Below, piece by piece: positions 38,814 through 49,473 of a stretch of DNA of 64,000 bases. Positions within the stretch are counted from its first letter, which is position 1, and each line of letters starts with the position of its first letter. The stretch is taken from contig CAVTUQ010000040.1 in assembly GCA_963737905.1 (NCBI GenBank), positions 1-64,000 of the forward strand, given 5' to 3'. The notes under the pieces are model-generated. The model was not told where the DNA came from, made no database searches, and was given only the letters and a program-made list of their open reading frames with translations. The position numbers and the translations under genes were made by a program. The stretch is from an uncultured delta proteobacterium (GTDB taxonomy: Bacteria; Desulfobacterota; Binatia; UBA9968).

Positions 38814-39803
38814 TTAAAGATAACCTCTCTCCCGATAGTACCGTTCCGCCCCCGGATGCAGTGGGAAATCGAGCGGCCCCGCTTCGGTGCTCGTGCAGAG
38901 CGATTTCATCGAAGGGATTTCCGCCGCATCGTAAGGAATCTCTTCACGAATCTTCTCCAGCACTCCGGCAATATGATAGGCCAGATCATCGGGAAATTTT
39001 TCGTGCACCACGATGGGCCAGCCGCTAAAGTCCACGACAGTCGTCGGATCGTCGATTCCGGCAACTCTGCCATGATCCAGGCGTGCCCGCTGAAAACCGT
39101 AGTGCTCGAGCTTCTGCAGGACTTTTTCAGAGTACGATAGAAAGACCATTCCGTTTTCCACCGCCACATCGCCCCAGGAATCCATCCCCTCGTCGATAAC
39201 CATGTGAACGTCGCCGGATATGATTCCCTCTCTTCGGTGGGGATTGCTCGGCCGCACGACTTCATCCACGGTTCCGCCCCACTCGATAAAATCCTTCTGC
39301 GAGATGCCATGGGCTTTCAGCAAGAATTTAATGGCGAAATCGACGCAGTCGTTGACCGCGATCGAGACGTTCATCTTCGGGCGTTTCTCGATCAGCTCCT
39401 CCATGGTCCGCACGCCGAGTTTCGGCGAAACCGCGATGACCAGACGATCCCAAGAGGGAAAGACCGCCAGCGCGCGGAGCGGATATTTTCGCCGGAACGG
39501 TCCTTTACCGTTATAAGCCATCGTTGGGATAATCGACGGATTGAGCCATACCAGGTCGAGCTTTCCTGTTCCCACGAGCTTCGCGCCGTTCACTCCGCTG
39601 CACCAGGCGGGGCTCACGCCGATCGTGAACGGATACGGCGGACCCGAATGCGCTGCGCCGCCAGGCAACTCGACCATGAGACGAATGGCACTGGTCAGCA
39701 TAGTGGGGACGTCTTCGTAGAGGCCAGACAGAATCTTCGTTGCAATCCGCGCCCGCATCAAGCTGGCGCTCATCGGCTTCACGCTGCGATCATCGTAGCT
39801 CAC
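38814..39803 (-). CDS. TAXI-type TRAP solute-receptor-fold protein without signal peptide
   Basis: AYNGKGPF...LRALAVFPSWD, PLHPGAERYYRERGYL. Confidence 0.8.
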   Translation of the reverse strand: MSYDDRSVKPMSASLMRARIATKILSGLYEDVPTMLTSAIRLMVELPGGAAHSGPPYPFTIGVSPAWCSGVNGAKLVGTGKLDLVWLNPSIIPTMAYNGKGPFRRKYPLRALAVFPSWDRLVIAVSPKLGVRTMEELIEKRPKMNVSIAVNDCVDFAIKFLLKAHGISQKDFIEWGGTVDEVVRPSNPHRREGIISGDVHMVIDEGMDSWGDVAVENGMVFLSYSEKVLQKLEHYGFQRARLDHGRVAGIDDPTTVVDFSGWPIVVHEKFPDDLAYHIAGVLEKIREEIPYDAAEIPSMKSLCTSTEAGPLDFPLHPGAERYYRERGYL

Positions 39804-39995
39804 GTCAGTTTCTTCCCTTCACAAGATTGTGGTGAGCCCAGAGCTAGTCTGAAAAGTTTCTACTGTCAACCTCTGGCGCCATCCGGCTTCGAGGACTGCT
39901 GCCCTATCAATCTTCAAGTTCGACTTCGTCGCTGCTGTTTCTTGTTTCCTTGCCGATTCCTTTTCTATCGGCGGCGGACAGGCTATAAACTGCGA

Positions 39996-41240
39996 TTGTT
40001 TTATGTAAGCCGTCGGAAGGAGAACCAATCAATTCGTATCTTCGACTCCCTGCGCTACCGAGACTACGCGCTTTTCTGGTCCATGGATTTGTTCGGCTCC
40101 ATAGGTCATTTTGTCCAGGAGGTTGCGCTCTATTGGATCGCTTACGAAATCACCGGATCCGCGATGGCATTGGGAATCCTTGGGCTGTGCGGCGCGCTCC
40201 CCCGTTTGATATTCGGCGCGCTCGGAGGCGTGCTGGTGGACCGTTACGACCGCAAGCGACTGCTGGTCCTGATTCAATTTTTCTCCGCCGTTCCGATGTT
40301 CATTTTCATCGCCGTCTACGCTTTTGGAGTCCTCGAGTTTTGGCACCTCCTCGCTCTGGAGATTCTCTCCGGTTCGATCCGCGCCGTAAACCCCTCCGCC
40401 GCCCAATCGATTATCTCTGAGCTGGTACCGCGTGCGGATTTGCTGAATGCTGTTTCGCTCTACACGGTGGGCTTTAATTTAGCCCGCATCATGGGTCCAT
40501 CTCTGGGAGGCGTTCTGGTTCTGTGGATCGGCATCGGTGGTTGTTACGCCGCCTTTGCAGCAAGCCTCGTTGTTTCCGGAATCGGAATGACGCTTATTCG
40601 GTCGAACAGCCAAAGAGGGGTTAATCTGGAACAGAACTTCTTGCGTGAATTCAAGGAAGGCTTCCAATACGTTTGGGCTTCGCCCGTGATCTTGAGCAGC
40701 ATCATCGCGGCTTACACCTTCGCTGTTTTTATCGTCACTTACCAGGGATTTCTGCCGGTCTTCGCCAAAGAGGTTTTGGAGGTCGGACCTGAAGGGCTGG
40801 GATTGCTGATGGCGGCGCCGGGTATCGGGGGCATCGCATCCTTGACTTTCCTAGCCTCGGCGGGAGAGCGATGGAACCGGGCGAAGCTCTTGTGGATCAC
40901 GACGACAGTTACGCCGATTTTTCTCATCCTCTTTTGCGCGTCGCCGGATTTTTCGCTTTCCGTGGTTCTGCTCGCTGTGGTGGGAGCGGGACAGGTCAGT
41001 TTTCGCACCATCAGCCGCGTGATCATTCAGATCGAGGCGCCGCGGGATCTTCTCGGGCGGGCAATGAGCGTATTCAATATGGATCAGGGAATGCGCTCCC
41101 TGGGTTCCATCGTCATGGGCGCCTTCGCAACGATCTTTGGCGCCTCCCTCGGTATCGCACTCACCGCTGGAATCTCGTTGATCGTCACCACGGTGCTTTT
41201 TTACCGCTTGCTGGGGAAGGGGCGCAGAGGAATCGCTTGA
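39996..41240 (+). CDS. MFS transporter (MFS_3/EntS-like); start uncertain
   Basis: SLRYRDYALFW, GGVLVDRYDRKRLL, ARIMGPSLGG; the ORF-track extension to 39204 is antisense to another gene. Confidence 0.88.
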   Translation: MFYVSRRKENQSIRIFDSLRYRDYALFWSMDLFGSIGHFVQEVALYWIAYEITGSAMALGILGLCGALPRLIFGALGGVLVDRYDRKRLLVLIQFFSAVPMFIFIAVYAFGVLEFWHLLALEILSGSIRAVNPSAAQSIISELVPRADLLNAVSLYTVGFNLARIMGPSLGGVLVLWIGIGGCYAAFAASLVVSGIGMTLIRSNSQRGVNLEQNFLREFKEGFQYVWASPVILSSIIAAYTFAVFIVTYQGFLPVFAKEVLEVGPEGLGLLMAAPGIGGIASLTFLASAGERWNRAKLLWITTTVTPIFLILFCASPDFSLSVVLLAVVGAGQVSFRTISRVIIQIEAPRDLLGRAMSVFNMDQGMRSLGSIVMGAFATIFGASLGIALTAGISLIVTTVLFYRLLGKGRRGIA

Positions 41241-41489
41241 TTGCATCCAAGGTGCCTCACAAGCTCGTACTGTTCGCCTGAAAAAGCGCCAAGAGATATG
41301 GTCTTCGGAACTTTACCGCAGCAGACCAAGGTCCCTTAGACGGGCCTCTCTCTCAATAGTTTCTCCGCCATTATGTGCGGGGTTGTATCAACTGGTTTCT
41401 CCGGTATCGTTAGCTGTGAGTTGCAAGGCGCGGATGGACGTTTCAACTGGTTCCAATTGATCTATGTCGGCGGCAGTCGATGCACCGAG

Positions 41490-41679
41490 CTTTCGAGAGA
41501 TTACCGACAAGCGGATTCGCCGCGGCAGTTTCCACCGCGTCCCGGAATTCATTGCGGCGATCGAAGACTACCTGAAATCTCACAACCAAAACCCTCGCGT
41601 TTTCGTTTGGAAAGCTTCAGCCGATAGCATCATGACCAAAATCGCCAAATGTAAAGAAGCGTTGGGGACACGACACTAG
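41490..41679 (+). mobile_element. IS630-family transposase C-terminal remnant with probable right end
   Basis: FREITDKRIRRGSF..V.E...AIEDYL..HNQNPRVFVWKASADSI; ends ...ACACTAG. Confidence 0.8.
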
Positions 41680-41684
41680 GGAGT

Positions 41685-42866
41685 TTAGCGCTGATGCGCC
41701 CACTTAACCCCCCAGACAACCAACAGAAACACAATCGTTGAGCCCAGAGAGCCAATGACAAAGACGCCGCCGATGCTGGTGGCCTGGGCGATCAGCCCGC
41801 CTATGGAGGGACCCAAGATATTACCCAAATCACCGGCCGCGTTGTAAATCCCGGAGGCCAGACCGCGCGAGACCTTATTTTCATCAACGTCCTGCACCAA
41901 TCCGACGGCATTGGCCACGATAACGATGGCGCGCATTAACCCCGACAAAACATAGACCGCGAGGATCGTACCGAACCCGGTAAAAAGCGGGATGAGCATC
42001 AACAACGCTGATTGAAGCGGAATTCCCGCATAAGACAGACCGCGATGGCCGAACCGGTTAACCACGTGGCCGCTGATCGGACGCGTCACGGCATTGCAAC
42101 CGGCGTAAGCGGCGCGCACCACTCCGATCTGCGTCAGCGTCATGCCCACGGCAAGACCGTAGAGCGAAATAAAAACTCCGCTCATCTGGTGCAGCAAGTT
42201 GAGAAACAGTGCGACGATAACCACAGCGGCCAACTCCGGTTCGACAAGCGCTTTGAACGAATCCTTAACCCTGAGTTTTGCCTTTGGCTTCTCCTGTTCG
42301 GGACGACGGCTCCTTGGCTCGTAGGGTCCCCGCAGTAACCACAGGAGTGCCACCGCCACTAACGACAAGACCGCCGCCGCTTGAAACGTCGCACCGTAAC
42401 CAAACTTGTCTGCCAGAAATCCGCCAAAGAGATTTCCCGTCGAATATCCCAGTGCCAAGGTACCGACGTAGTAACCCATGGCATGGTTGCGGTTTTCATC
42501 CGGTGCCAACGAGTCGACGTAAAACGCCATGTAAAGCGTCGTTACGGCACCGTAAGCCAGACCATTGAGCGCATGAACGACGGCAAACACCAAGCTGTTT
42601 TGCGCGAAGCTGTAAAACCAGTTCGTCAACCCCATGGCCAAGACCGCCATTGAAATGAGCAACCGCGCGCGATGGCGCTGATAGGCCATCCCCACCGGTA
42701 ACCGGGAAGTCAAAGCCAGAATCGGACCGAGGGAAATGAGCGTGCCGATGGCGGCCATCGGAATGCTGAGGTCATGAAGAAAGGGCGGGATGATCGTCGA
42801 TGCGGAATTACTTTGCACGGTGATCGCAACGATGGGCACCAAGAGTTTGAGCGTACTCATTTTCAT
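41685..42866 (-). CDS. MFS transporter
   Basis: About 12 hydrophobic segments, GGFLADKFG, GNILGPSIGG. Confidence 0.88.
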   Translation of the reverse strand: MKMSTLKLLVPIVAITVQSNSASTIIPPFLHDLSIPMAAIGTLISLGPILALTSRLPVGMAYQRHRARLLISMAVLAMGLTNWFYSFAQNSLVFAVVHALNGLAYGAVTTLYMAFYVDSLAPDENRNHAMGYYVGTLALGYSTGNLFGGFLADKFGYGATFQAAAVLSLVAVALLWLLRGPYEPRSRRPEQEKPKAKLRVKDSFKALVEPELAAVVIVALFLNLLHQMSGVFISLYGLAVGMTLTQIGVVRAAYAGCNAVTRPISGHVVNRFGHRGLSYAGIPLQSALLMLIPLFTGFGTILAVYVLSGLMRAIVIVANAVGLVQDVDENKVSRGLASGIYNAAGDLGNILGPSIGGLIAQATSIGGVFVIGSLGSTIVFLLVVWGVKWAHQR

Positions 42867-42971
42867 ATTCGTTCTCTTATTCTCTAAAAATTTTGTACCT
42901 GCAACCGATTCGGCACTGCAATCGTAGACATTTTATCGCGCTTCAGGTAATGAACCAGCGAGGGGAAAAAC

Positions 42972-43859
42972 ATGATGGACTTAAAGCGATCCTGGATGTT
43001 CGTGCCTGGTCACAGGCAAAAAATGATCGATAAGGCTCTGGGGCTCAACTCCGATGCCATCATGCTGGACATCGAGGACGGCGTTGCAGCCAGCGAAAAG
43101 GACACGGCTCGACAGCTGATCGGTAAGGCCTTGGGACGCCCGAAAGCGCCGAACTCGCCGGCGCGCTTTGTGCGCATCAACGCCATCGGCCACGCGCGCA
43201 TGGATGCTGATATTGACGCCGTGGTTCGGCCCGGACTCGAAGGCTTGGTTCTGCCCAAAGTTGAAACGCCAGAGGAAGTTATGAAAGTCGATTCCATTCT
43301 CACCCAGCGTGAACGGCAACAAAGGATGCCGGCGGGCGGGGTCAAGCTACTGATCGCTATCGAAAGCCCCCGAGGCTTGCTGAACGCGCCCGCCATCGCC
43401 GCTCGTTCACAGCGGGTCTGCGGCTTGATGTTTGGCGCGGAAGATTTTGGCCGTGAGCTGGGACTGCCGACTTCCCGCGAGGGCGAAGCGCGCGACATGC
43501 TTTACGCCCGATCCGCCATGGTCATAGCGGCCGCTTCGGCTCACGTTCAGGCGGTGGATGGAGTCTGGGTCGATCTCAAAGACACGGAAGGGCTCGCCGG
43601 TTATGGGCGACAATCGCGCCGTCTCGGCTTCTCGGCCATGTCTTTGATTCATCCGTCGCAGATCGATCCTATCAACCAGATGTTCAGCCCGACATCCGAG
43701 GAAATCGACTACGCGCAGAGTGTCATCCAGGCCTTCGAAGAGGCCAATGCGCGGGGAGATGGTTCCATTGCTTTCGGCGGCCAGCTTATCGATAGACCGA
43801 TCGTCGAGCGCGCGCGGCGCACCCTCGAATTGGCCAAATCCTTGGGTATCACCCCATAA
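42972..43859 (+). CDS. HpcH/HpaI aldolase-citrate lyase beta (CitE-like CoA ester lyase)
   Basis: RSWMFVPG, LDIEDGV, VRIN, LPKVE, IESPRG, FGAED, IHPSQ. Confidence 0.93.
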   Translation: MMDLKRSWMFVPGHRQKMIDKALGLNSDAIMLDIEDGVAASEKDTARQLIGKALGRPKAPNSPARFVRINAIGHARMDADIDAVVRPGLEGLVLPKVETPEEVMKVDSILTQRERQQRMPAGGVKLLIAIESPRGLLNAPAIAARSQRVCGLMFGAEDFGRELGLPTSREGEARDMLYARSAMVIAAASAHVQAVDGVWVDLKDTEGLAGYGRQSRRLGFSAMSLIHPSQIDPINQMFSPTSEEIDYAQSVIQAFEEANARGDGSIAFGGQLIDRPIVERARRTLELAKSLGITP

Positions 43860-43882
43860 ACGCAGATCGACAAGGTTGAAAT

Positions 43883-44824
43883 GTGCCAAAGATGAAATTA
43901 AGATTCGCTTTGCTGCTGGCCCTCGTATGGTGCGTGAGTACCGGCGCTTCCGCGCCGGAAGAAATGAGACCGGTCAAGCTCGCCGACGGCGTGTACATGT
44001 TTGAAAATAGCCGCGGTACAAGCAACGCCACGGTGATCATCACCGAAGAGGGAGTCGTAGTTTTTGATTTCAACATTCTTACCGCAGACCAGGTCTTAGC
44101 CGGCCTGCGCAAGCTCACCGATAAGAAAGTTCGCTATCTGATCTCGTCGCACAGCGCCCTCGACCACGCTTCGGGCGGGTGGTTTTACCGCGATGACAAG
44201 CCCACCTACATTGCTACCAAAAACCAGGTGCACGACCTGCAAATGCAAGAATTGGCTGGCTTTAACGAGCGCAAAGAATCGAAGGATCCGCGCAACGCCG
44301 TATATAAAGGGAAAGAGCTGGTGCAACCCGACATCGGTTTTGACGGGACCATGACCCTCTATTTTGGCGGCCTGACGTTTCAGATCACCGCTGAAGGCAG
44401 GGGCCATAGCACCGGCGATCTCACCGTTTATATTCCGCAGAAGCGTTTGTTTCTGATGGGCGACCTGCTGGATACCGAAGTTCACCCGGGCCAAGGCGAA
44501 TCCGGGGATATTTTCTACTCCAACGTCAAGGGTTGGATCGAGATTCTCGACCGGATTATGGCGCGCCATCTACCCGTGGACACTTACGTTCCAGGCCATG
44601 GGCCCGTCCATGTCGGGCGCGGTGTGAAAGACCTCGAAGAACAAAAGCGCTACTTCATCGTCATGAGAGACGAAGTCGCCAAAATGATCGCCGCCGGCAA
44701 GAGCCTGGAACAAATCGAAAAGGAATTCAAAGTCCCCCAGGAGTTTGCCCATTACAAACGGCCGGAAAGACTGAAACAATTTTACAAACTCTTCTATAAT
44801 CAGCTGCTGGAAACCGGCTACTAA
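43883..44824 (+). CDS. Secreted metallo-beta-lactamase-fold protein
   Basis: Signal peptide; SHSALDH (degenerate HxHxDH), GHSTGD, MGDL, VPGHG. Confidence 0.85.
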   Translation: MPKMKLRFALLLALVWCVSTGASAPEEMRPVKLADGVYMFENSRGTSNATVIITEEGVVVFDFNILTADQVLAGLRKLTDKKVRYLISSHSALDHASGGWFYRDDKPTYIATKNQVHDLQMQELAGFNERKESKDPRNAVYKGKELVQPDIGFDGTMTLYFGGLTFQITAEGRGHSTGDLTVYIPQKRLFLMGDLLDTEVHPGQGESGDIFYSNVKGWIEILDRIMARHLPVDTYVPGHGPVHVGRGVKDLEEQKRYFIVMRDEVAKMIAAGKSLEQIEKEFKVPQEFAHYKRPERLKQFYKLFYNQLLETGY

Positions 44825-44860
44825 CCAACGATTGCACACCCTAGTCCAAGGAGGAACATA

Positions 44861-45917
44861 ATGAAGTGTCTAACTAAAGCATGGATCATTTTGACCGTCG
44901 GTTTGGTTTCACCGTCATGGGCCCAAAGTGGCAAATCCATGCCCATCGATCAACTCGCGGCCTATAACAAGCCGGACCGGGAACAGGTGCTTTATACCGG
45001 CGCGAAAACGGAGGGTAAAATTACCTGGTACACCTCGCTCGCGGGTGGGTCATACAAAGATCTCGCCGCTGCTTTTGAAGCGAAATATCCCGGCGTCAAA
45101 GTGGAAGCGTATCGCGGGACGCGTCAAGAGCTCGGAGCGAGGATCCTGGCGGAAACCCAAGCCAAGCGGTATATCTTCGATACGCTTGAGAGTACTATTC
45201 CACTCTTGAAACTTTTGCGCGACAACAAATTGATAACGCCTTACTATTTTCCAACTCAGGCAAAGTATCCGGATAATGTCAAAGAAAAAGGACCGAAGGG
45301 ACTGTTCTACTGGTCCATCGACCGCGAGTCCCACATTGGTCTCGCCTACAACAAGAACTCTATTCCGGCTAGTTTGGCGCCCAAGAACTATGAAGGACTG
45401 TTGCGTCCCGGAACTCAAAGACAAGATCGGTTTCGCCGGCAGCGACACCGGTGTCACCGTCGTAGGAACGATGCTGAAGCTGAAGGGTGATGAATATATT
45501 AAGAAACTCAAAACGCAGAATCCCGTTGTGCACAACGTTTCCGGCCGAGCTTTGCTTGACATGGTCATTCCCGGGGAGATTGGCGTGTCACCGACGATTT
45601 TTCGCAATCACGTGGCGGTATCGCTGAAAGCCGGTGCCCCGATTGAATGGATCCCGATGGAATTGGTTCCAACTAACTCGGGATCGACGGCTGTTTCCGC
45701 TCAAGCCCCACATCCTCATGCGGCCTTGCTCATGGCAGACTTCATCTTAGGTGAAGGCGGACAAAAGGTTCTCGAGCAATATGAGTACGGAAGTCCGACG
45801 AAGGATTACGGTTTCAAGCGGTGGTACCCGGAACAGGGACTGACAACAGAGCAGTATGAGAAACTCGATGAGCAATGGAATAAGTTATTGCGTGAGCTGG
45901 GCCGTAGGTCTTCCTAA
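44861..45917 (+). CDS. ABC substrate-binding protein (Fe3+/thiamine/polyamine-like), frameshift near 45408
   Basis: AKTEGKITWYTS, FEAKYPG, APHPHAALLMADFILG..GQ, split between two frames. Confidence 0.85.
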
Positions 45918-46000
45918 TCCGGATGGTTCACGGGGTGAAACAACCGAGGAGCAAGCCTCGTCCGAACGCGGGCAATGGGCCTCTTACAGCGGAGTGGAGA

Positions 46001-46073
46001 CCGTTCAATCGTTCAAAAAGTTCCAATCGTTCAACGGTCTTGAAACGAGCTTGAACGTTTTGAACCTGGAACG
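46001..46073. repeat. GTTCAA tandem inverted repeat
   Basis: GTTCAATC GTTCAAAAA GTTCCAATC GTTCAA ... TTGAACGTT TTGAACC TGGAAC. Confidence 0.75.
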
Positions 46074-46156
46074 TATGCACTCCGTTTAACAGTCTGCTCG
46101 TGCTTGGTCCCTCGTACGCTGAATAATCCAGGCTAGTTGTCTCGCCAGGAGGCTTT

Positions 46157-47626
46157 ATGCATACCGGTTCTTATACCCATGGCAAATGGTTTCATCCAAA
46201 GTCTCAGCGGCTTGTCCGCAACATCAATCCAGCAGACCCCGACGACTTGATCGCCGAGTTTCCCGCTGCGACCACGGAAGACGTCCAGCGCGCCATCGAT
46301 GCGGCGCAAGGGTCGTTCAGCGCTTGGAAGAAGACACCGGGCCCGGAACGCGGGCGCGTGCTCTGGCGTGCCGCAGACATCGCGCGCCAGCGGGCCGATG
46401 AGATTGCCCGCATGCTCACGCGCGAGGAGGGCAAAATCCTCAAAGAAGCCAAGGGCGAAGTCATGAAGGGCATCTCTCTTCTGGAGTTTTACGCCGGCGA
46501 GGGTTTTCGGATGCATGGAAAGACGCTCCCTTCCGAGGCTCGCGACACATTTACTTACACGATCCGCCGGCCACTGGGTGTCGTCGGTTTGATCGCGCCG
46601 TGGAATTTTCCCTGGGCCATCCCTGTGTGGAAATCGGCTCCTGCTCTGGTTTCGGGGAATACCGTCATCTTTAAGCCCGCCGAGTTGACCCCGGCGACCG
46701 CGACTTTGCTAACTGAAATCTACGAAGAGGCAGGTTTGCCGCCCGGGGTTTTCAACATGATTGTTGGGTCCGGCTCCGTTGTCGGCGAAGCGCTGGTTAA
46801 CTCCCCGGCGCTCCGGGCCATCTCTTTCACCGGCTCCAACGAAGTCGGCGGCGCGCTCTATGCCAAAGCCGCTCAGCGCGGCGCTAAAGTCACGTGCGAG
46901 ATGGGGGGTAAGAATGCCGTTATTGTTATGGCGGACGCAGATCTCGACAAAGCCGCTATTGCCATTCATGGGGGCGCCTTTGGCTCCACCGGCCAACGAT
47001 GCACGGCAACGTCGCGGGTGATTGCGGCGCCGTCTGTGAAGACTAAGTTATTAGAGCGCTTGGTTGAAGGAGCACAGAAAATCAAGATCGGACCGGGGCT
47101 GGATGAAACCGTCGACATGGGACCGGCGGTGGACGAAAAACAATGGAAGACCGATCTCGATTATCTCAGGATCGGAGGAGAGGAAGGCGCGAGGCTCGTG
47201 ATCGGCGGCAAGAAGCCCGAACATCTCGGAAAAGGCTATTTCGTCGAGCCAACGATTTTTGACAACGTCGGACCCCATATGCGCATCTTCAAAGAAGAGA
47301 TCTTCGGCCCCGTATTATCCGTCACGACGGCCAAGAGTCTTGAGGAAGCGCTTCAATTCGCCAACGGCGTTGAATACGGTCTCACGACGGCCATCTTCAC
47401 TGAGAATGTCGACACGATTATGAATTTCGTCGAAGAGGTCGAGACCGGCATGGTCCACGTTAACGAGCCGACCATCGGCGGCGAAGCACAGCTACCCTTT
47501 GGGGGAACCAAAGCCACAGGCGTCGGCGAGCGCGAAATGGCCGAGGAAGGACTTAACTTCTTCACCGAGCTCAAAACCGTTTTCATCAATTATTCCGGCA
47601 AGGCCGAACGATTGATGATCCGATGA
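46157..47626 (+). CDS. Aldehyde dehydrogenase (alpha-ketoglutarate semialdehyde DH-like)
   Basis: PWNFP, KPAE, FTGS, EMGGKN, GQRCT, EEIFGP. Confidence 0.95.
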   Translation: MHTGSYTHGKWFHPKSQRLVRNINPADPDDLIAEFPAATTEDVQRAIDAAQGSFSAWKKTPGPERGRVLWRAADIARQRADEIARMLTREEGKILKEAKGEVMKGISLLEFYAGEGFRMHGKTLPSEARDTFTYTIRRPLGVVGLIAPWNFPWAIPVWKSAPALVSGNTVIFKPAELTPATATLLTEIYEEAGLPPGVFNMIVGSGSVVGEALVNSPALRAISFTGSNEVGGALYAKAAQRGAKVTCEMGGKNAVIVMADADLDKAAIAIHGGAFGSTGQRCTATSRVIAAPSVKTKLLERLVEGAQKIKIGPGLDETVDMGPAVDEKQWKTDLDYLRIGGEEGARLVIGGKKPEHLGKGYFVEPTIFDNVGPHMRIFKEEIFGPVLSVTTAKSLEEALQFANGVEYGLTTAIFTENVDTIMNFVEEVETGMVHVNEPTIGGEAQLPFGGTKATGVGEREMAEEGLNFFTELKTVFINYSGKAERLMIR

Positions 47627-47630
47627 GAAA

Positions 47631-47715
47631 AAGTTCAAGGTTCAATGTTTAATGTTCAAGGCCGAGTCAAAGTCTACCTGGCCTTCATTGAACTTTGAAC
47701 CTTGAGCATTGAACC
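47631..47715. repeat. Heptamer-period inverted repeat between convergent genes (possible bidirectional terminator)
   Basis: AAGTTCA AGGTTCA ATGTTTA ATGTTCA ... CATTGAA CTTTGAA CCTTGAG CATTGAA. Confidence 0.8.
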
Positions 47716-47719
47716 GAAC

Positions 47720-48103
47720 CTATTTATCTACCGGCGCTGCTCCCTGCCAATGGCCGACATCGATGATGATGTCCTCGGGACCGACGAATTTGTCTTCGTA
47801 ATAAGCAGTGCCCAAATTAATCGCTCCGGCCTTTCTGGCGCCGGCGGCTTCCATCAAACGAAACTGTTCTTGATCGTTGTCCACCGAGAAGCCAATATGG
47901 TCGATGCCCGGCTGCTTGGCCGACTCGCCTTCCCGTGTGCCCGCGCGCAACGGCAGGACGGTAATATTGACCGATCCATCGCTCAGATCGATGGCGTTAT
48001 TCTTGCGTTTCTGGATCATCTTCATACCCATCGCGTCGACGAAAAACTTTGCCATGGCGTCAACATCCGTCGCCCGGTATGCGATATGCCTTATCTTGGC
48101 CAT
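47720..48103 (-). CDS. VOC/glyoxalase family protein
   Basis: KIRHIA...D......F....GM, GIDHIGFSVD, GPEDI.IDV. Confidence 0.85.
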   Translation of the reverse strand: MAKIRHIAYRATDVDAMAKFFVDAMGMKMIQKRKNNAIDLSDGSVNITVLPLRAGTREGESAKQPGIDHIGFSVDNDQEQFRLMEAAGARKAGAINLGTAYYEDKFVGPEDIIIDVGHWQGAAPVDK

Positions 48104-48241
48104 GTGTTTACTCCCCTTTTTTTCTCAAGAATTCTTTCATCAAGTAATTCGCCTGGCAAATCGGAAAGCGGCCAACATCCAACGATTGGAGTTAACTTGA
48201 GACCCGAAACCCGAGACTCGAAACCGCGGCGCATCGCGCCG

Positions 48242-48745
48242 CTATCCGCCGTAGAAAACCTTGTCGCCTAAATCTTTCATCGCCAAAGTCGCGTCGTCAG
48301 GACGGCCCGCGGGTTGCACCGCCACCCCAGCGTCTTTCACTTCACCGACGAAGATCGAATGATCCCCTTTTTCAATCGTATCGACGAGCGCGCACTCGAC
48401 GAAGGCGGGTGTCTTTTCTAAAATCGGCGCCCCCAGGCTGCCCTTACGGAACGCCTCGCCGCCGATACTGTTACCTTCCCGTTCCAAGGGTTTGAAAAAC
48501 GTAAACGCCATCCCCTTCTGATCCTTCCCCAGAATATTTAGCGCAAAGGCTTTGGATTCTTTGATGATTGCGTGGGCACCGGAATCGGCCTTGACGCCGA
48601 CCACAACCAACGGCGGCTGAAAGGCAGTCTGGGTCACCCAGTTGACCGTCGCAGCGGCAACCTTGCCGTCCTTTCCCTCGGCTGTCAGAACGTACAACCC
48701 ATACGGAATCATTCTAAGAGCGGTTTTTTTTGCGTCTGCATCCAT
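48242..48745 (-). CDS. Flavin reductase family protein
   Basis: ALRMIPYGLYVLT, QTAFQPPLV, GDHSIFVGEV. Confidence 0.92.
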   Translation of the reverse strand: MDADAKKTALRMIPYGLYVLTAEGKDGKVAAATVNWVTQTAFQPPLVVVGVKADSGAHAIIKESKAFALNILGKDQKGMAFTFFKPLEREGNSIGGEAFRKGSLGAPILEKTPAFVECALVDTIEKGDHSIFVGEVKDAGVAVQPAGRPDDATLAMKDLGDKVFYGG

Positions 48746-48897
48746 CTTGAATCATCCTTTCATTGGTAGCCTTCCCCTATTGGGTAACCGATTCTATGGG
48801 AGTGAATTCGAATCTGCAAGCCTTGCGGGATAATCGGGTACCGGCGGGTTAAAAACCCGCCTCGACAACTTAAGAGACACTACACTACCGACCTCGG

Positions 48898-49461
48898 TTA
48901 CGCACATGGCGGCACTCGAAAGGCGAGGATCACATAAATGTTACCCTTCAATTCGAAGTCGCCCACCTCGGTCATCCCTAACCCGGTGATATGAGCATTC
49001 AGAGAATGGGGATTGCTGCGCGACACAAACGCCACGCCGGCCTGAAACTGCCCGGCGAGCTCCTGCCTCTGCGCTTCGTAGAGTCCCCGCAGGAGTCCCC
49101 GCCGGCGGTAAGCGCGATCGATGCAGACCGGACCGTAGATATAACTACGATAAGAGCTAAGCGTTTGACCTTCGAATCTTACCAGATCGTAGGCCTCGAG
49201 CATCTTCGCTACGACAGGTGATCCATGATCGAATTCATTCCGAAACGCGCACAAAAACCCGACCAGTTCGCCATCGACAATAGCGATGGTCGTCCCGAGA
49301 TCTTCCGCCATCCGAGCGACCTGCTCGCGCGAAAACTCCGCCGAGAGAAACCCTTCTTTCCGCTCCTCTTCAGAAAGATTTGCAATGAAGTTTTCGGATT
49401 GCAAGCGAAGGACGGCAGGGTAGTCTCCAGCTTCGGCACGTCTGAATGCCAAGGATGCCAT
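48898..49461 (-). CDS. GNAT family N-acetyltransferase
   Basis: YGPVCIDRAYRRRGLLRGLY, NPHSLNAH. Confidence 0.85.
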   Translation of the reverse strand: MASLAFRRAEAGDYPAVLRLQSENFIANLSEEERKEGFLSAEFSREQVARMAEDLGTTIAIVDGELVGFLCAFRNEFDHGSPVVAKMLEAYDLVRFEGQTLSSYRSYIYGPVCIDRAYRRRGLLRGLYEAQRQELAGQFQAGVAFVSRSNPHSLNAHITGLGMTEVGDFELKGNIYVILAFRVPPCA

Positions 49462-49473
49462 TGCTACTGGCGC

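Noticed and set aside
39204-39995. N-terminal extension making a 678-aa MFS fusion
   Set aside because: It overlaps the TAXI-like gene on the opposite strand and has no protein-like features
48843-48861. Intrinsic terminator GGCGGGTT-AAA-AACCCGCC
   Set aside because: Perfect hairpin but no U-tract on either side, so the function cannot be assigned
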